Shown: piece by piece, positions 50,661 through 63,200 of the stretch
Layout of the letters: the number at the start of each line of letters is the position of its first letter
Position numbering within the stretch: the first letter of the stretch is position 1
Origin: Takakia lepidozioides
Taxonomy: Eukaryota; Plantae; Bryophyta
Length of the DNA: 64,000 nucleotides
Reading direction: 5' to 3'
NCBI GenBank assembly: GCA_030704615.1
Contig: CM060733.1
Span: 67,332,001 to 67,396,000 of the forward strand
The notes under the pieces: model-generated
Database searches by the model: none
Seen by the model: only the letters and a program-made list of their open reading frames with translations
What the model was told of the DNA's origin: nothing
Made by a program: the position numbers and the translations under genes

Positions 50661-53600
50661 CTACTCTCCTACACCCTCCGAGGAACTTGCCCCACCTTCT
50701 TCCTCATCCCCCTCATCCCCCTCATCCTCCGAGCTCTGTGATGCATCAGTTCCACTATGCCTCTCAAAAATCCCGTCCTCTCCTTGGGGGACTGTCCACC
50801 TCACCTCCTGGGAATCTTCTGCGTCTTCTCCCCCACTTTCCTCAGCAGAATCCAACACAAATCTACGAGCCCGACGGGCTCTAATAGCTGCTGCCTCCTC
50901 CCTCATCTTCATTTTCTTGAGGCTTGCCTCGTCTAAAATCTGCTGTACACGACTACGTTCGGAACACCTCCTAATGGACACCGAAGCAAGCCGGGCAGCA
51001 TAAGTAGGAAGGATGTACTCCCTTTCTGGACTAGGCATGAAATCCCCCCTGGCAAAAAAAGGCACGTTCCTCCTGCCCATGAACTCCGGTGTAGACGTCC
51101 CTCCGGCAGTACTTGGCATCCTACAGTAAGAACAAATTCACTTGAAGAATGTCAATACCAGCACAACCAGAAAGGGTTTTCAATGAAATAAGAGAGCGGA
51201 GGGAGGTGCCTCACAAAATCTGGAGGCAACTTACAATGCCACCACTCACTCGTAAACCGGGGGCTCCTCGGCCTCGATCCCAACTTCCTCCCCCTGCTCC
51301 TTCTCGGATTTTTCCTCATCCTCCGAGGATGCCTCTTCCTCTTTCGGCAGACGTTCAGCCGCTGCAAGTTCCGAGTTGTGGAGGGCAGTATCTGGCTCGA
51401 AGGCGAACACATGCCTGTCGGACAACGTCCCTGCCCACATTGAAGCACCTGAGGAACAAAGCGGGCGGTTAATAGCTTGCGGCATGCAATTGCAATGGGC
51501 CAGGGGACAAACTGAGCACGTGAAGGCTTACTCGTGCCGCATGTGAGGTCCAGAATCCGCCCTTGGACATCCGAGCACGTCTCCATGAGGGTTTGGATGA
51601 AAGCAGGGCTCCGGGTCCGGCTGTACCGCCACGGTTTGCCTGTCTTTGTGTCCTTCGGCATACTAGAGTGGGGCACATAGTTGTAGAGGACATCGTAGGT
51701 TACAGGGTCCACAGCGGCATCAACAAGACGACCGTCGTTGCGGAATTTGAACGTAGACCCTCTCTTCACAAAGCAATATGCCTCAAACACCAATGTCTGC
51801 ACATCCAACAAAGAAGGGATCAATTCCAGGGTCTACTTAACATACACCACAATATGAAGTGAATGCAATAGATTGATAACTTACACTTTGGCCCTCTGTT
51901 CGCAACCCCTGCGTACTGATGCAGAACCATTTTCTGAGGAGGACCGGGGTGACACTTTTCGGTGTCCACCTTGCCACCGCATTCTCTGTGGTCTTCCCTC
52001 TCGTGGCAAGGACAACCACACATCCACCGTCATCCAGAAGCATCCCCGCCAGCCCAAACCCGGCTTTCCAGTAGTCCTCAGTAAACCTGTTCCAGGTGGG
52101 CACACCATCCAGGCCCTCCAGCAGCTCCCCATCTGGAATGTCGAGGAGAATCATGTCGCAAGCTCTCTCCACCTCAACCCCCCCCCGAGTGCTCTTGCAA
52201 TTCGTGCTCACAGCCGTGAAGAATTCCATCATGGCTTCAAAACCAGGGGTGTCTTTAGGCTCTGTACCGGCAGCCCTCTCTTGGCTTTCCCCTTCTGCTC
52301 CGCCAGAGACTTGTTGTGTGCCACCTTCTTCGCCCTGGCAGCGAGAGCGTCAAGGAAGCTCTCATTGACGCATTGGATGATGGTTGGAGGTTCTAGCTTT
52401 GCCTGTGCGTAAACGTCACCGCCGAATACCGCCGTGTAGGCTCGCCCTCAAATGCCAACTTCTTGGCAGAGCCAGTCCCACTCCGAACTGACTTGGGAAC
52501 CCGGACGACCGGTGACTGGGTAGGAGCAACAGCAGTCGCAGGACCTTGAACAAAATCGGCGTCGGAGTCACTCTCTTGGGTCCCCTCCTGCGCCTCCTCC
52601 GATGCCCCGATGGTTTTCTTCTTTTTGGGTGTTACTGCAGTCACCTGTTTCCTTGTCCTTTTCCTTTGACCTTTACTCTTCTCATGCAATTTCTCCTGAA
52701 TTCCTGCCTGAGCAAGCTCTGCCGCTTTCCTGGAGTTCGCAAGCGCTTTTGCCTCTTTTGCACCCAACGGAGGCAGCGGAGCCGGTTTCGTCGGAATTCA
52801 GCATCCAGCTTCAATTGAAATTCGGATGGGTCGAGCGAGCCGGGCGGAAGGTCCACATACCAAGGGCAATCACGCAAATGTTCCAGATGCCACTCCTTCA
52901 CAATATTGTCAGTGTACATGGAGTCAGCCCCAGGGTTCATCCATGCCAGGAAGAATGGTGGCTCGAAAGACAGATGACCTTTCTCCAAAAGCGAGAACTT
53001 ACAGTACCTGCATTCATGAAAAACACAATGAGGTCCGAAAAATGGCTAAGTCCCTGGACGGCAATAGGGCCTGGAACTGGAATATGGCGCCGAATTTCCA
53101 CTTCAGGGCTAGCCAGTCTAGGGACTTAGCCCGAAAATGGCTGTCCCTGGACGGCAATAGGCCTAGAACTGGAAAACGGCGCCGAATTTCCAGTTCCGGG
53201 CCAGCCACCCTAGGGACTTAGCCCGAAAAATGGCTAAGTCCCTGGATGGCAATAGGGCCTAGAACTGGAAAACGGCGCCGAATTTCCAGTTCCGGGCCAG
53301 CCACACTAGGGACTTAGGCCGAAAATGGCTAAGTCCCTGGACGGCAATAGGGCCTAGAACTGGAAAACGGCGCCGAATTTCCAGTTCCGGGCCAGCCACC
53401 CTAGGGACTTAGCCCGAAAATGGCTAAGTCCCTGGACGGCAATAGGGCCTAGAACTGGAAAACGGCGCCGAATTTCCAGTTCCGGGCCAGCCACCCTAGG
53501 GACTTAGCCCGAAAATGGCTAAGTCCCTGGACGGCAATAGGGCCTAGAACTGGAAAAACGGCGCCGAATTTCCAGTTCCGGGCCAGCCACCCTAGGGACT

Positions 53601-56355
53601 TAGCCCGAAAATGGCTAAGTCCCTGGACGGCAATAGGGCCTAGAACTGGAAAACGGCGCCGAATTTCCAGTTCCGGGCCAGCCACCCTAGGGACTTAGCC
53701 CGAAAATGGCTAAGTCCCTGGACGGCAATAGGGCCTAGAACTGGAAAACGGCGCCGAATTTCCAGTTCCGGGCCAGCCACACTAGGGACTTAGCCCGAAA
53801 ATGGCTAAGTCCCTGAACGGCAATAGGGCCTGGAACTGGAAAATGGCGCCGAATTTCCAGTTCCGGGCCAGCAAGTCTAGGGACTTTGCCATTTTCGGAG
53901 CCCTGACTGGAAATTCGGCGCCATTTTCCCTAACACCACTTAGGCCTCTAACATCCTGAAATGCCAGGACTTGAAAGAAAGGCAGCGCGTATGTACCTGT
54001 ACAGAAGGCGCATTGCTGCTTTGTCCGCGTTCGGCTGGTCGGTGAACTCGTGGCTCCGGCGAGCATCTGCTATCTCCCGAAAGAATAGGTTGGTTTTGTA
54101 GAGCAGAAAGTACCTCGTCACATAGTCACGTAGGCTCTCTGCTGCAGGAGATATCTCCATCTTGAACTGATGTGCTTGTGTGTCCAGCTGCTCTTGCGCA
54201 TTCGTCGTCACCTGTGGAGATTGTCCATCAGATCGCTTTCCTCAAAAAATACAATGAATCCACCCCCTACTAGAGTAGAAGCCCCAAACGAAGCGTGGGG
54301 ATGTACCTGAAACCACCATGTCATGCGGTTCATCCACATGTCGAATGTGGGGTCAGAGAGTTTGTCCGGTTTGGGGAAGCTCCACATGTCCCTGGTACTT
54401 TGGGAACCATTCCAGATTTGGAGCCACCGGGTCTGTCCAACCACCCAGCATATTCGTAAGCGCCAAACACCACAAAAAGGAGTTGTTGCCACCACAATTT
54501 GGTTAAGAATGTATCACCTTTTCTGTTGCATCCACACAGGATGTGGCTAGACGATGGAGCTTCTCCAATGTCATCGTGGGCTTCAGAGCGCGAGAGTAGT
54601 GCTTCCCCACCTCCCAGAAAGTCGGCACCAAGGGCGGGATCAGCTATGGCCACGTACTTTACCATCCGTGACTTGTACTTTATGCGGGCCCTCACCTCCG
54701 CAGCTTTGACATACGATTCGAGTTCCGGGAGGGTTGGATTCTTCTCCTCTGACTCCATGTAGAACCTCCGCGCATGTGCCAAATCCTGCTGTATTTTCGT
54801 CTGTCGAAAAGGCGCACATAAGATTAGAGATCCTGCTCAACACAATTTCTTCTATTGGGGAGGAGAGACAAATTAGCTCAACAAAACTGTCAGGAGCTTT
54901 ACCCGAAATATGTAGTCCACCATGGCGTCGACGCTCAGCCTATACCAGGTTCTGTCTGCCTTTGCCTCCGCTTGGCAGGAGGTCGGCACTGAGGGAATTG
55001 GCAAACTCTTGCACCCCCTGCTTCCCGACATCCTTCACTCGGAAGAGCATATGGGACAAGTTGGTGGCAATGAAGGCATTCTCAGTCACCCTGCAGTGCC
55101 CCATTTCCATCAAAAATACTGAAATGGGAATTTTCATCATATATGAGGATTCGCAATGAAATGACTTCCAAATTCAAAGTCCAAAAGCGAGAGGGGTTGT
55201 AGCTTACGAGTTGATGTCGGCCATTGCAGCTTTGAGAAGACTGCGATCTTTGGGCCCCGCACCTTCAGGACAACACAATCGACGGCGAATGCCAATCGAG
55301 ATCGTTGGGGTGGGCTTGGGCAATGTGCTCCATCCATGCCAGGAGGCGATGATTGCCGTCCCACACGTAGAACATCTTACCGGACATGTGCTGGAAAAGA
55401 GGATCACTAGCAATCGATCTCTCGAACTCCTCATTTCGCGTTTGCCAATGGGGACCCCATTTGTCCACCTCATCGGAAGTGTGGGCACGGGAAGCTCCGT
55501 GGTCGTTCTCAATGGAAACGTAAAAGGCGGCAGACCCCATTCGATATCCATCCCGGAAAGAGAATTTCAGCTTGTCGATATCGCCTGGGAGGGCAGGTCT
55601 CACCACCTGCAATGACACCAAGCGGCAAAGGGGAATTCGAAGCTTGGTCGGGTACACCATGCCCCCAGCACCCTGCCAATGTTGCTGTGGTTTGCCTCCA
55701 ACATCTTGGCAGCGGCCAACTTCATATCCGCCTCAGACATGACGTCTGCTGCAGAGGGGTTTTCCGGCAGCCCACCAGGACCGCCAATCAGCCTGTATGC
55801 TCCGTTTTGGGGCCTGGGGATGTCCGGGAGGATGTCATCCTGGTCAGAAACCTCCATGTCGTCCTCCTCAACAGGGTCAGCCACCTGCGAAACCCTCCAG
55901 CACTCTCGTCGTCTCTACTGCCCTCTCCCTGGCTTCACCTCGAACTTGCACAATCCGTGCTCTTTCAGGTGTTCTATCCTCTCCTCCACTCTCCACCGTA
56001 TGGGTAATTGCGGGGGCTGCTCTTGCCCGCGATGGTCTAACCGGTGTGCTACTGCCTCTCTGTGGTGTCCTGGTAGGGATCCCCGTCTCTGTGGGTCCCT
56101 CGCTTACATTGGCATCTGTCATTTGGGCACCCCTGGCCTCTTCAGCTGCCTTTTGTCTTTCTCCTGGCTAGCATTCTGTCTCGTCTGTTCTTTTGCCCTC
56201 TCTTTTTGCCTCTCACGGGCTTTCTGTTTCTTACTAGGGCTAGCAGCAGGGGAGCCCTCCAAGACGACCACCTTTGATTGAGGCGAACTGACACCCTTGC
56301 GCGCACTGCTCACTCCCCCCTCCGCACCGTGACTGCTCTCTCGCCGGGATTGCAT
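50661..56355 (-). pseudogene. Spliced gene encoding a ParB/Srx-like domain fused to a beta-class N6A/N4C DNA methyltransferase-like domain (frameshifted as assembled)
   Basis: Seven GT-AG introns (55091-55207, 54786-54902, 54212-54306, 53008-53996, 51797-51884, 51449-51531, 51121-51249), each locally frame-preserving. Motifs: IPLCRL..QVVRP, FYVWDGNHRLLAW (DGNHR at 55346-60), CDMILLDIPDG (DIPD at 52131-42), RSPAFIQTLMETCSDVQGRILDLTCGT/SASMWAGTLSDRHVFAFEPD. The start codon is uncertain. Confidence 0.75.
53035..53930. repeat. Nine-copy ~95-bp tandem array, each unit with two inverted repeats, plus a terminal inverted partial copy
   Basis: GAATTTCCA recurs at 53092, 53184, 53280, 53375, 53470, 53566, 53661, 53756 and 53851. 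Stems: GAACTGGAAA..TTTCCAGTTC and AGGGACTTAGCC..GGCTAAGTCCCT. Confidence 0.95.
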
Positions 56356-56785
56356 GTGCTTTTAGCTTTCTTCTTTTTCTTTGCGTGGGCGGGCCCTACT
56401 GCATGTGCATGAACAACCTCCATTGCCGGATCTGCTGTCCTCATGTCCCACGCCCTTCACCTGCCATGCCGCCTGCACCAACCTCCCCAATGCCTACTCT
56501 GTCGTAATCTCGTTGCAAGTCCCTCTCGTCCACCAACAACAGGTTTAAGTTTGCCCTCTCTCCCCAAGTTGGGCGATTCAAACATGCGATGAGTTGGAGC
56601 TGTCGATGATACCCACCAGCGTGCCGGGCTCGTCGTCACTCTGTCATTGACAAAAATCGTGAAAACCACATCGATGCAAAAAGCATCATCGCAACGAGCA
56701 GCGCAACCACCATAACAACAATCATGTAGCAAAATGAAACATAACAATTTAGAAAGTATGGAGAGCCATGCCACAACAATGAAAC

Positions 56786-57285
56786 NNNNNNNNNNNNNNN
56801 NNNNNNNNNNNNNNNNNNNNNNNNNNNNNNNNNNNNNNNNNNNNNNNNNNNNNNNNNNNNNNNNNNNNNNNNNNNNNNNNNNNNNNNNNNNNNNNNNNNN
56901 NNNNNNNNNNNNNNNNNNNNNNNNNNNNNNNNNNNNNNNNNNNNNNNNNNNNNNNNNNNNNNNNNNNNNNNNNNNNNNNNNNNNNNNNNNNNNNNNNNNN
57001 NNNNNNNNNNNNNNNNNNNNNNNNNNNNNNNNNNNNNNNNNNNNNNNNNNNNNNNNNNNNNNNNNNNNNNNNNNNNNNNNNNNNNNNNNNNNNNNNNNNN
57101 NNNNNNNNNNNNNNNNNNNNNNNNNNNNNNNNNNNNNNNNNNNNNNNNNNNNNNNNNNNNNNNNNNNNNNNNNNNNNNNNNNNNNNNNNNNNNNNNNNNN
57201 NNNNNNNNNNNNNNNNNNNNNNNNNNNNNNNNNNNNNNNNNNNNNNNNNNNNNNNNNNNNNNNNNNNNNNNNNNNNNNNNNNNNN
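56786..57285. other. Assembly gap (500 N)
   Basis: Run of N. The true size and the adjacency across it are unknown. Confidence 1.
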
Positions 57286-60200
57286 AAAGATCCTTTCCCT
57301 TTGCCATTCACAGAAGCGGTATTGGACACTATGGCAGGCCATGAGAGTACTCATTCATGGATGGCTTCAGTGGTTATAATCAAGTGCAAGTGGTAGAAGA
57401 AGACCATGGAAAGACAGCTTTCATCACAGACTGGGGTGCTTATGCATACAAAGTCATGCCTTTTGGACTTTGTAATGCACCAGCAACCTTTCAGAGAGTG
57501 ATAAGTGAATCTTTTCATGAGTATTGGATGATTTCATGCAGGTGTTCTTGGATGATTTCAGTGTGTACAGCTCTAAGAATGAGCACTTGCATAAATTGGA
57601 GTTATGTTTGGCCAGATGCAGGATGAGAGGTCTGGGCCTGAATCCAGAGAAGTGTACTTTCTGTGTGAACTCAGGGGTGCTTTTGGGACACATTGTGTGT
57701 AAGAGGGGACTTTTGTGGATCCCAGAAAGACAGAGGCCATTAAAGCCTCTCCACCACCAGTAAATGTTAAGAGTCTAAGGAGATTCCTTGGACAAACCAG
57801 TTATTACAAAAGATTTGTCAGACGGTATGCACAGATAGCAGCACCATTGAGCAAGCTTCTGAAGAAAGATGCAGTGTTTGCATGGACAGCTGAATGTCAA
57901 CACGCTTTTGAGGAACTTACATTGTCAGTAACAACTACACCTGTGCTGATTAACCCTCACTGGCATGTAGTATTTCATGTTCACTGTGATGCCTCAGGAG
58001 AAGCGTTGGGAGCAGTGTTAGCCCAAAATGTTACAGGAAATATAGATTCACCTGTAAACTATGCTAGCAGGTTGATGAACAGTGCTGAAAGGAACTATAG
58101 CACAACTGAAAGAGAAGCACTGGCAATGATTTATGCAGTCAAGAAATTCAGGCATTACCTATTGGGAAGAAAGTTTATGTTTTATGTGGATCACCAGGCT
58201 CTGATATATCTGGTGAACAAACCTTTGATAAGTGGAAGGATAGCAAGGTGGTTAATAATCTTGCACGAGTTTGAGTTCGAAGTTGTTTACAAGCCTGGCC
58301 GTTTGCATCTTGTGGCAGATCACTTGTCACGCCTATCAACAGGAGAGCCCGCCACAAGAGTAGACGACCAATTACCTGATGCGAGTTTATTTGCGGTGGA
58401 GGTGCAGGGAAGTGCAGATGACTGGTTAGATTGGCAGTGGCCAATCAGATACTACCTTACTCATGGTCAGTGCCCACCTAGTTATGGAAAGGAGCAGAGG
58501 AAGAGAATCGCTATCAAGGCTTTACCTTATACTATGGTAGGGGGCAGAATGTATAAGCTAGGACCTGATGGAGTACTTAAACGATGCTTGTACCACCATG
58601 AAGTAAATAAAGTTTTGGAGGAAGTTCATAAAGGAGTGGCTGGAGGTCATTTTGGAGAAGAGACTACCAGTAGGAAGATACTACTTGCAGGTTACTGGTG
58701 GCCTACTTTGTTCAAAGATGTACACAAGTATTGTCAGAGTTGTGATGAGTGTCAGAGGCTAGGACCATTGCAGAGATCTGGGAAGATGGCTTTGCATCCT
58801 ACGATGCCTACTGAACCATTTCAGAAATGGGGACTAGACTTTGTTGGACCAATTAACCCACCAGCCAAGAATACACAGAACAAGTATATAATCACAGCCA
58901 CTGATTATACTACAAAGTGGGTGGAAGCTAAAGCTCTGAGGGACAACACAGCTAAGTCCACAGCAAGGTTCCTGTATGAGAACATACTTACACGATTTGG
59001 CTGTCCCCTGGAATTTATCAGTGACCAGGGAAGTCACTTCATTAATGAGACCATTGAACTATTGACTAAAGAGTTCATGATTGTGCATAGGAAGAGTACA
59101 ACATATTACCCACAGGGTAATGGGCAGGCAGAGGCTACCAACAAAATACTATGTACTATCTTGGCTAAGATAGTCAATGCAAACAGAACAGATTGGGATA
59201 CAAAGCTGCTGACAGCTTTGTGGTCATACAAGACTTCATATAAAGTCACCACTAAGTATACACCATTCCAATTAGTTTATGGTATGGAAGCTTTACTTCC
59301 AGTGGAATTCTTGTTACCTACCATGAGAACTGAATGGGGAAGGAGAATGGAATTGGAAGATTCAATTAAGGTCAGGAAACATGAATTATACCATGTGGAA
59401 GAAGTACGTGCTGATGCAGCTGATAACATGACCAGAATTCAGATGAAGAGGAAGGATCAGTTTGATGAAGGTAAATTAAAGACTTTTAAGACGGGAGATT
59501 TGGTACTGTGGTTGCAGAAGAAGGGGAAGATTAAAGCTTCTAAGCTTAAATCACCATGGAAAGGACCTTATGTCATACAGAAGATGTATGATAATAACAC
59601 CGCCATGTTACAAACCATTAACAAAGAAATGCTGGGAAGAGTCAATGCCAATAAGTTGAAGGGGTACAGTGGTATCCATGACAAACCATTGCAGCACGAT
59701 TTGCATGTTGAAACGCAAAAACAGTCACGGGCTGCGCCAGTGATACCAACGGAGTATGGAGCACTTGTCGCTAAGCCGAGCGTATATGACCAGGGCGGGA
59801 AGTACAGGTGTTTGCATAGCTATCACAGCCCATCACAGTGTCACACAGCCTATCACAACCCATCACAACGTGACACAGCCTATCACAGCCCATCACAGCG
59901 TGACACAGCCTATCACAGCCCACCACAGTGCCACACAGCCTGTCACAGCCCAACACAGCCCATGCAGGTTACACAGTCCATAGGGTCAGTGACAGGTGGA
60001 CGCGAATTAACGTCAGAAAAGTGGCCATCAAGTGAAGAAGAAGTTTGGAAGTCAAACTTGGAGAATATGCCACGCGGAGAGGGGAAGTCGGGGGCATGTC
60101 TAGAAACGGACACGTGGCCACTAAGGCGAAGCACACCGCACTGCATCGATTGCAAAAGTGGGTCTCATCATGCAAGAGGACAAATAGGACCGTCAAAGTA

Positions 60201-63200
60201 CCTACCCGGTACAGCAACTAATACTAATTGTGGGCCCATTAATGCATTCAGAGTAAGGGTAACGGAACCCTTTTCGAGTACATAAAAGAGGGACCTATGC
60301 CACATGTGTTGTCCTACTGGACATTCCAGGTGGGAATGTCCACGGAGGGGGGTGGAATTAAGAAGTTACCTAAGCAGGCAACAGCCAATCAGGAGTGCGA
60401 ATTACATGCAGGTGGTTTCCTCCAAGAAACAAGAACAAGAAATAGGAAGTGTTATGAGCGGAAGAGTCGGGGTGGCTCCGAATAGCCAGTGTCTCGACGG
60501 AAGGGGCAATCAAAGCACTAGCTTTGTAGCTATGGCGGATGTAACAGATTACACACTCGCTTTACTTCTCACGCAGTGGCGCAAGGACGGACGAATTGAG
60601 AGTACATTTTCTCTCACTCGATACTTGCAAGCCCCACAGGCTTACACGCACTTACCTGTTCCATTCTGTGCCAACCATACCTTCATGCTCTGTGCCCTGC
60701 AAGCTTTCCTTCAGCTGTTTCAAACAAAGCCTTTTTGTTTGTCTAGAATGAAGAGAGTGAGGGGAATGGAGGATATCAGGGTGAAGAGCACCACGATACT
60801 GCAGAAGCAAACAATTGCTACACCGCAGGCAGTGCAGCTGCTAAGGGAGTTGCGATTGGAGGGGCTGCTACGCAAGGACTGGTCCTTGCATCATCGGCAG
60901 TTTATGATTCAATTTCTTCAGAACTTTGAGCCTCGGACGGGAGTTACCCAGGTGAGGGGAGTAGATATAGAAATTACTCCCCAGTACCTGCAGCAATTGT
61001 TTGATTTGCCATCAGGTCATGTGGATGTGGATGAGCACAGGGCAAGATTGCAGATAGGGAATTTGTTCCAAGAAGGGAGTTTCTTTAAGACTCAAGGTTA
61101 CGCTTGTACCAAAGCCGAGTACCCAGGGCTCAGAGAAGTTGGCCAAATATTGAACGTTTGTTTGCCATGAAACAGAACCAACAGTATTTGAGCAGGTCAT
61201 TCACAGAGGAGATCCTGAAAGCTTTGAGGGGAGAGGATGTAGCTTGGGCGGAGTTAATGTACAATGGTCTGGTGGACGAGATGAAGAGGTTACAGGGCAC
61301 TGCTGCTAAGTCTCCGATCATTGTGTCTGGTCCAGTCATTGCCCAAATCATTCTTGACTCTTGCATACTTGATACTCGGGAACGTAAGGAGATGGGAGTG
61401 TTTGAGGCAGTAACCACTGCAATTGAAGAGCAGGGCTCTTCACATAGTGAGGGTGGACTGGCAAGGCAACACCAGTCTAAAAGACAGAAGCGGGGTATGA
61501 CTGTAGTGGCGGATCCACTGGCTTCACGGAAACCGCAAGATGATGTTTCCCAAGCTCTTGTGCAGGATGGGGCACAACAGCACAGAGAGCTGTTATTATT
61601 GGAAGCACGGCCTTCGGAGAGGGAAGAGGAAGTCACTTTGATACCACAGCCACCACAGCCAGTTGACTCAGTTGTTTTAGAGGTTCCACAGTTAGAACAT
61701 GCTGTGACACCACCCCCAATTGCTCTGGACGGAGAAGGTTGGACATTCCCACTACAGAGCAGGTCGTGGCCGAAATTGAGAAGGGTGACCTTCTCTATGA
61801 AAACTCTGGCTTGGTAAGGGAATCAGTGGTTCCAGAGGTGCAGCGCTTGTCCAGGGAAAACCCTGCTGTGCATGTAATACCCACACCTGTGACGGAGGTA
61901 CCAGGGGTAGAATATAAGGACACTGCAACACTGTGGAGGATGAGGTGGTTCAGGAAGAGAATCTGGTGGGGCAATGGCCTGAATGGTTGGTGAGGCATCA
62001 CACTGTGGGCGATCAGGGAGAACAGCAGCAAGTTCACCATGATGACCCTCAGCAGGCCATGCTTATGAGTTCCATAAGCAGGACACTTAATTTGTTGGGC
62101 ACTTATGTGAAATCCCATGTTCCATCTACCCAATTGGCAGCTTTGAGGGAGGAACTCAGGAAGGAGTTTGAGGCTTGAATTGCCACTGAGTGTGCTAACA
62201 AGGTAGATGAGGAGGTCAATCTCAAGTTACAGCAAGAGTTGGAGGACACAAAGGCTGCTTTGCAGTTGGCCAAGGGACATTTGATTGAAGCAGGCCTCGA
62301 GCAGGACCAGTTGCATGAAGCACATAAGCAACAGTTATACCAATTGCAGGTGAAGCATGAGGGCAAGTTGCAAGAAGTGAATGTACTAATACAGAGTTGG
62401 AGGCAGTACATGAGAAGATGACCATACAATGTGCTACACTCACAACTACTCTGAGCAAACTGCATTAGAAGTTAACAGACAAGGGGAGAGATGTATGAAG
62501 GCAGAAGCTGAGATAATAGAGCAAGCGAAACTCATTGTTGATATGAAGAATACAATCTGTCGCAATGAGAATACTTTCAAACAATACAGACAGGTTGAGG
62601 CTGACCAGGAGAGGTACATCCTGGAGTTGCAACAAACAGTCATGGTCAATAGAAATGAACTCTCTGTGGCTAACAAGGCTTGGAAGGAAGCCAATAATCT
62701 GGCTGCTGCCTATGCAGGTCTGGTTGAACCTCATGCAAAGCGCATGGAGGCTTTACAGCAGCAGTTAGATGTGTACAGACTCACGGAGGAGCAGACTCTC
62801 AGGGGTGCCACACACGACTTGGTGGATAACCACCTTATGCAGGTCTGGTTAGCACAAGGCCGGCAAAGGCAAAGCACCACGGAAACTCACCCAGGGCGAG
62901 ATGAATGAGCTCAGATTGCAGGTGCAGAACATTGCCACAAGTACTATAGACAATGTCTATAGTAGGATAGCGAAGCTACAGGAGGACGTGGAAGGCCTGC
63001 AGACTCAAGTGGATGACCTGAGTTCAAATATTGACAAGAGAGTCTTTGTTCCTGAGGAGCAGCTGATGGCTACTTATTTACATGCTAGGACTCTAATTTT
63101 TCAATCTTCTTCACAGGGGGTGCAGGAGATGCCAGTGGTAGAAGAGTCAGTGGTACCAATACCACAGCAGGCGGCTGTGCAGGTAGCTGACCCTGTTGTT

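Noticed and set aside
53035-53930. CRISPR array or bacterial contamination
   Set aside because: Whole units are identical with no unique spacers, there are no cas genes, and the array sits in a spliceosomal intron.
56457-57396. ORFs of 200-290 aa spanning the gap
   Set aside because: Artefacts of the N run.
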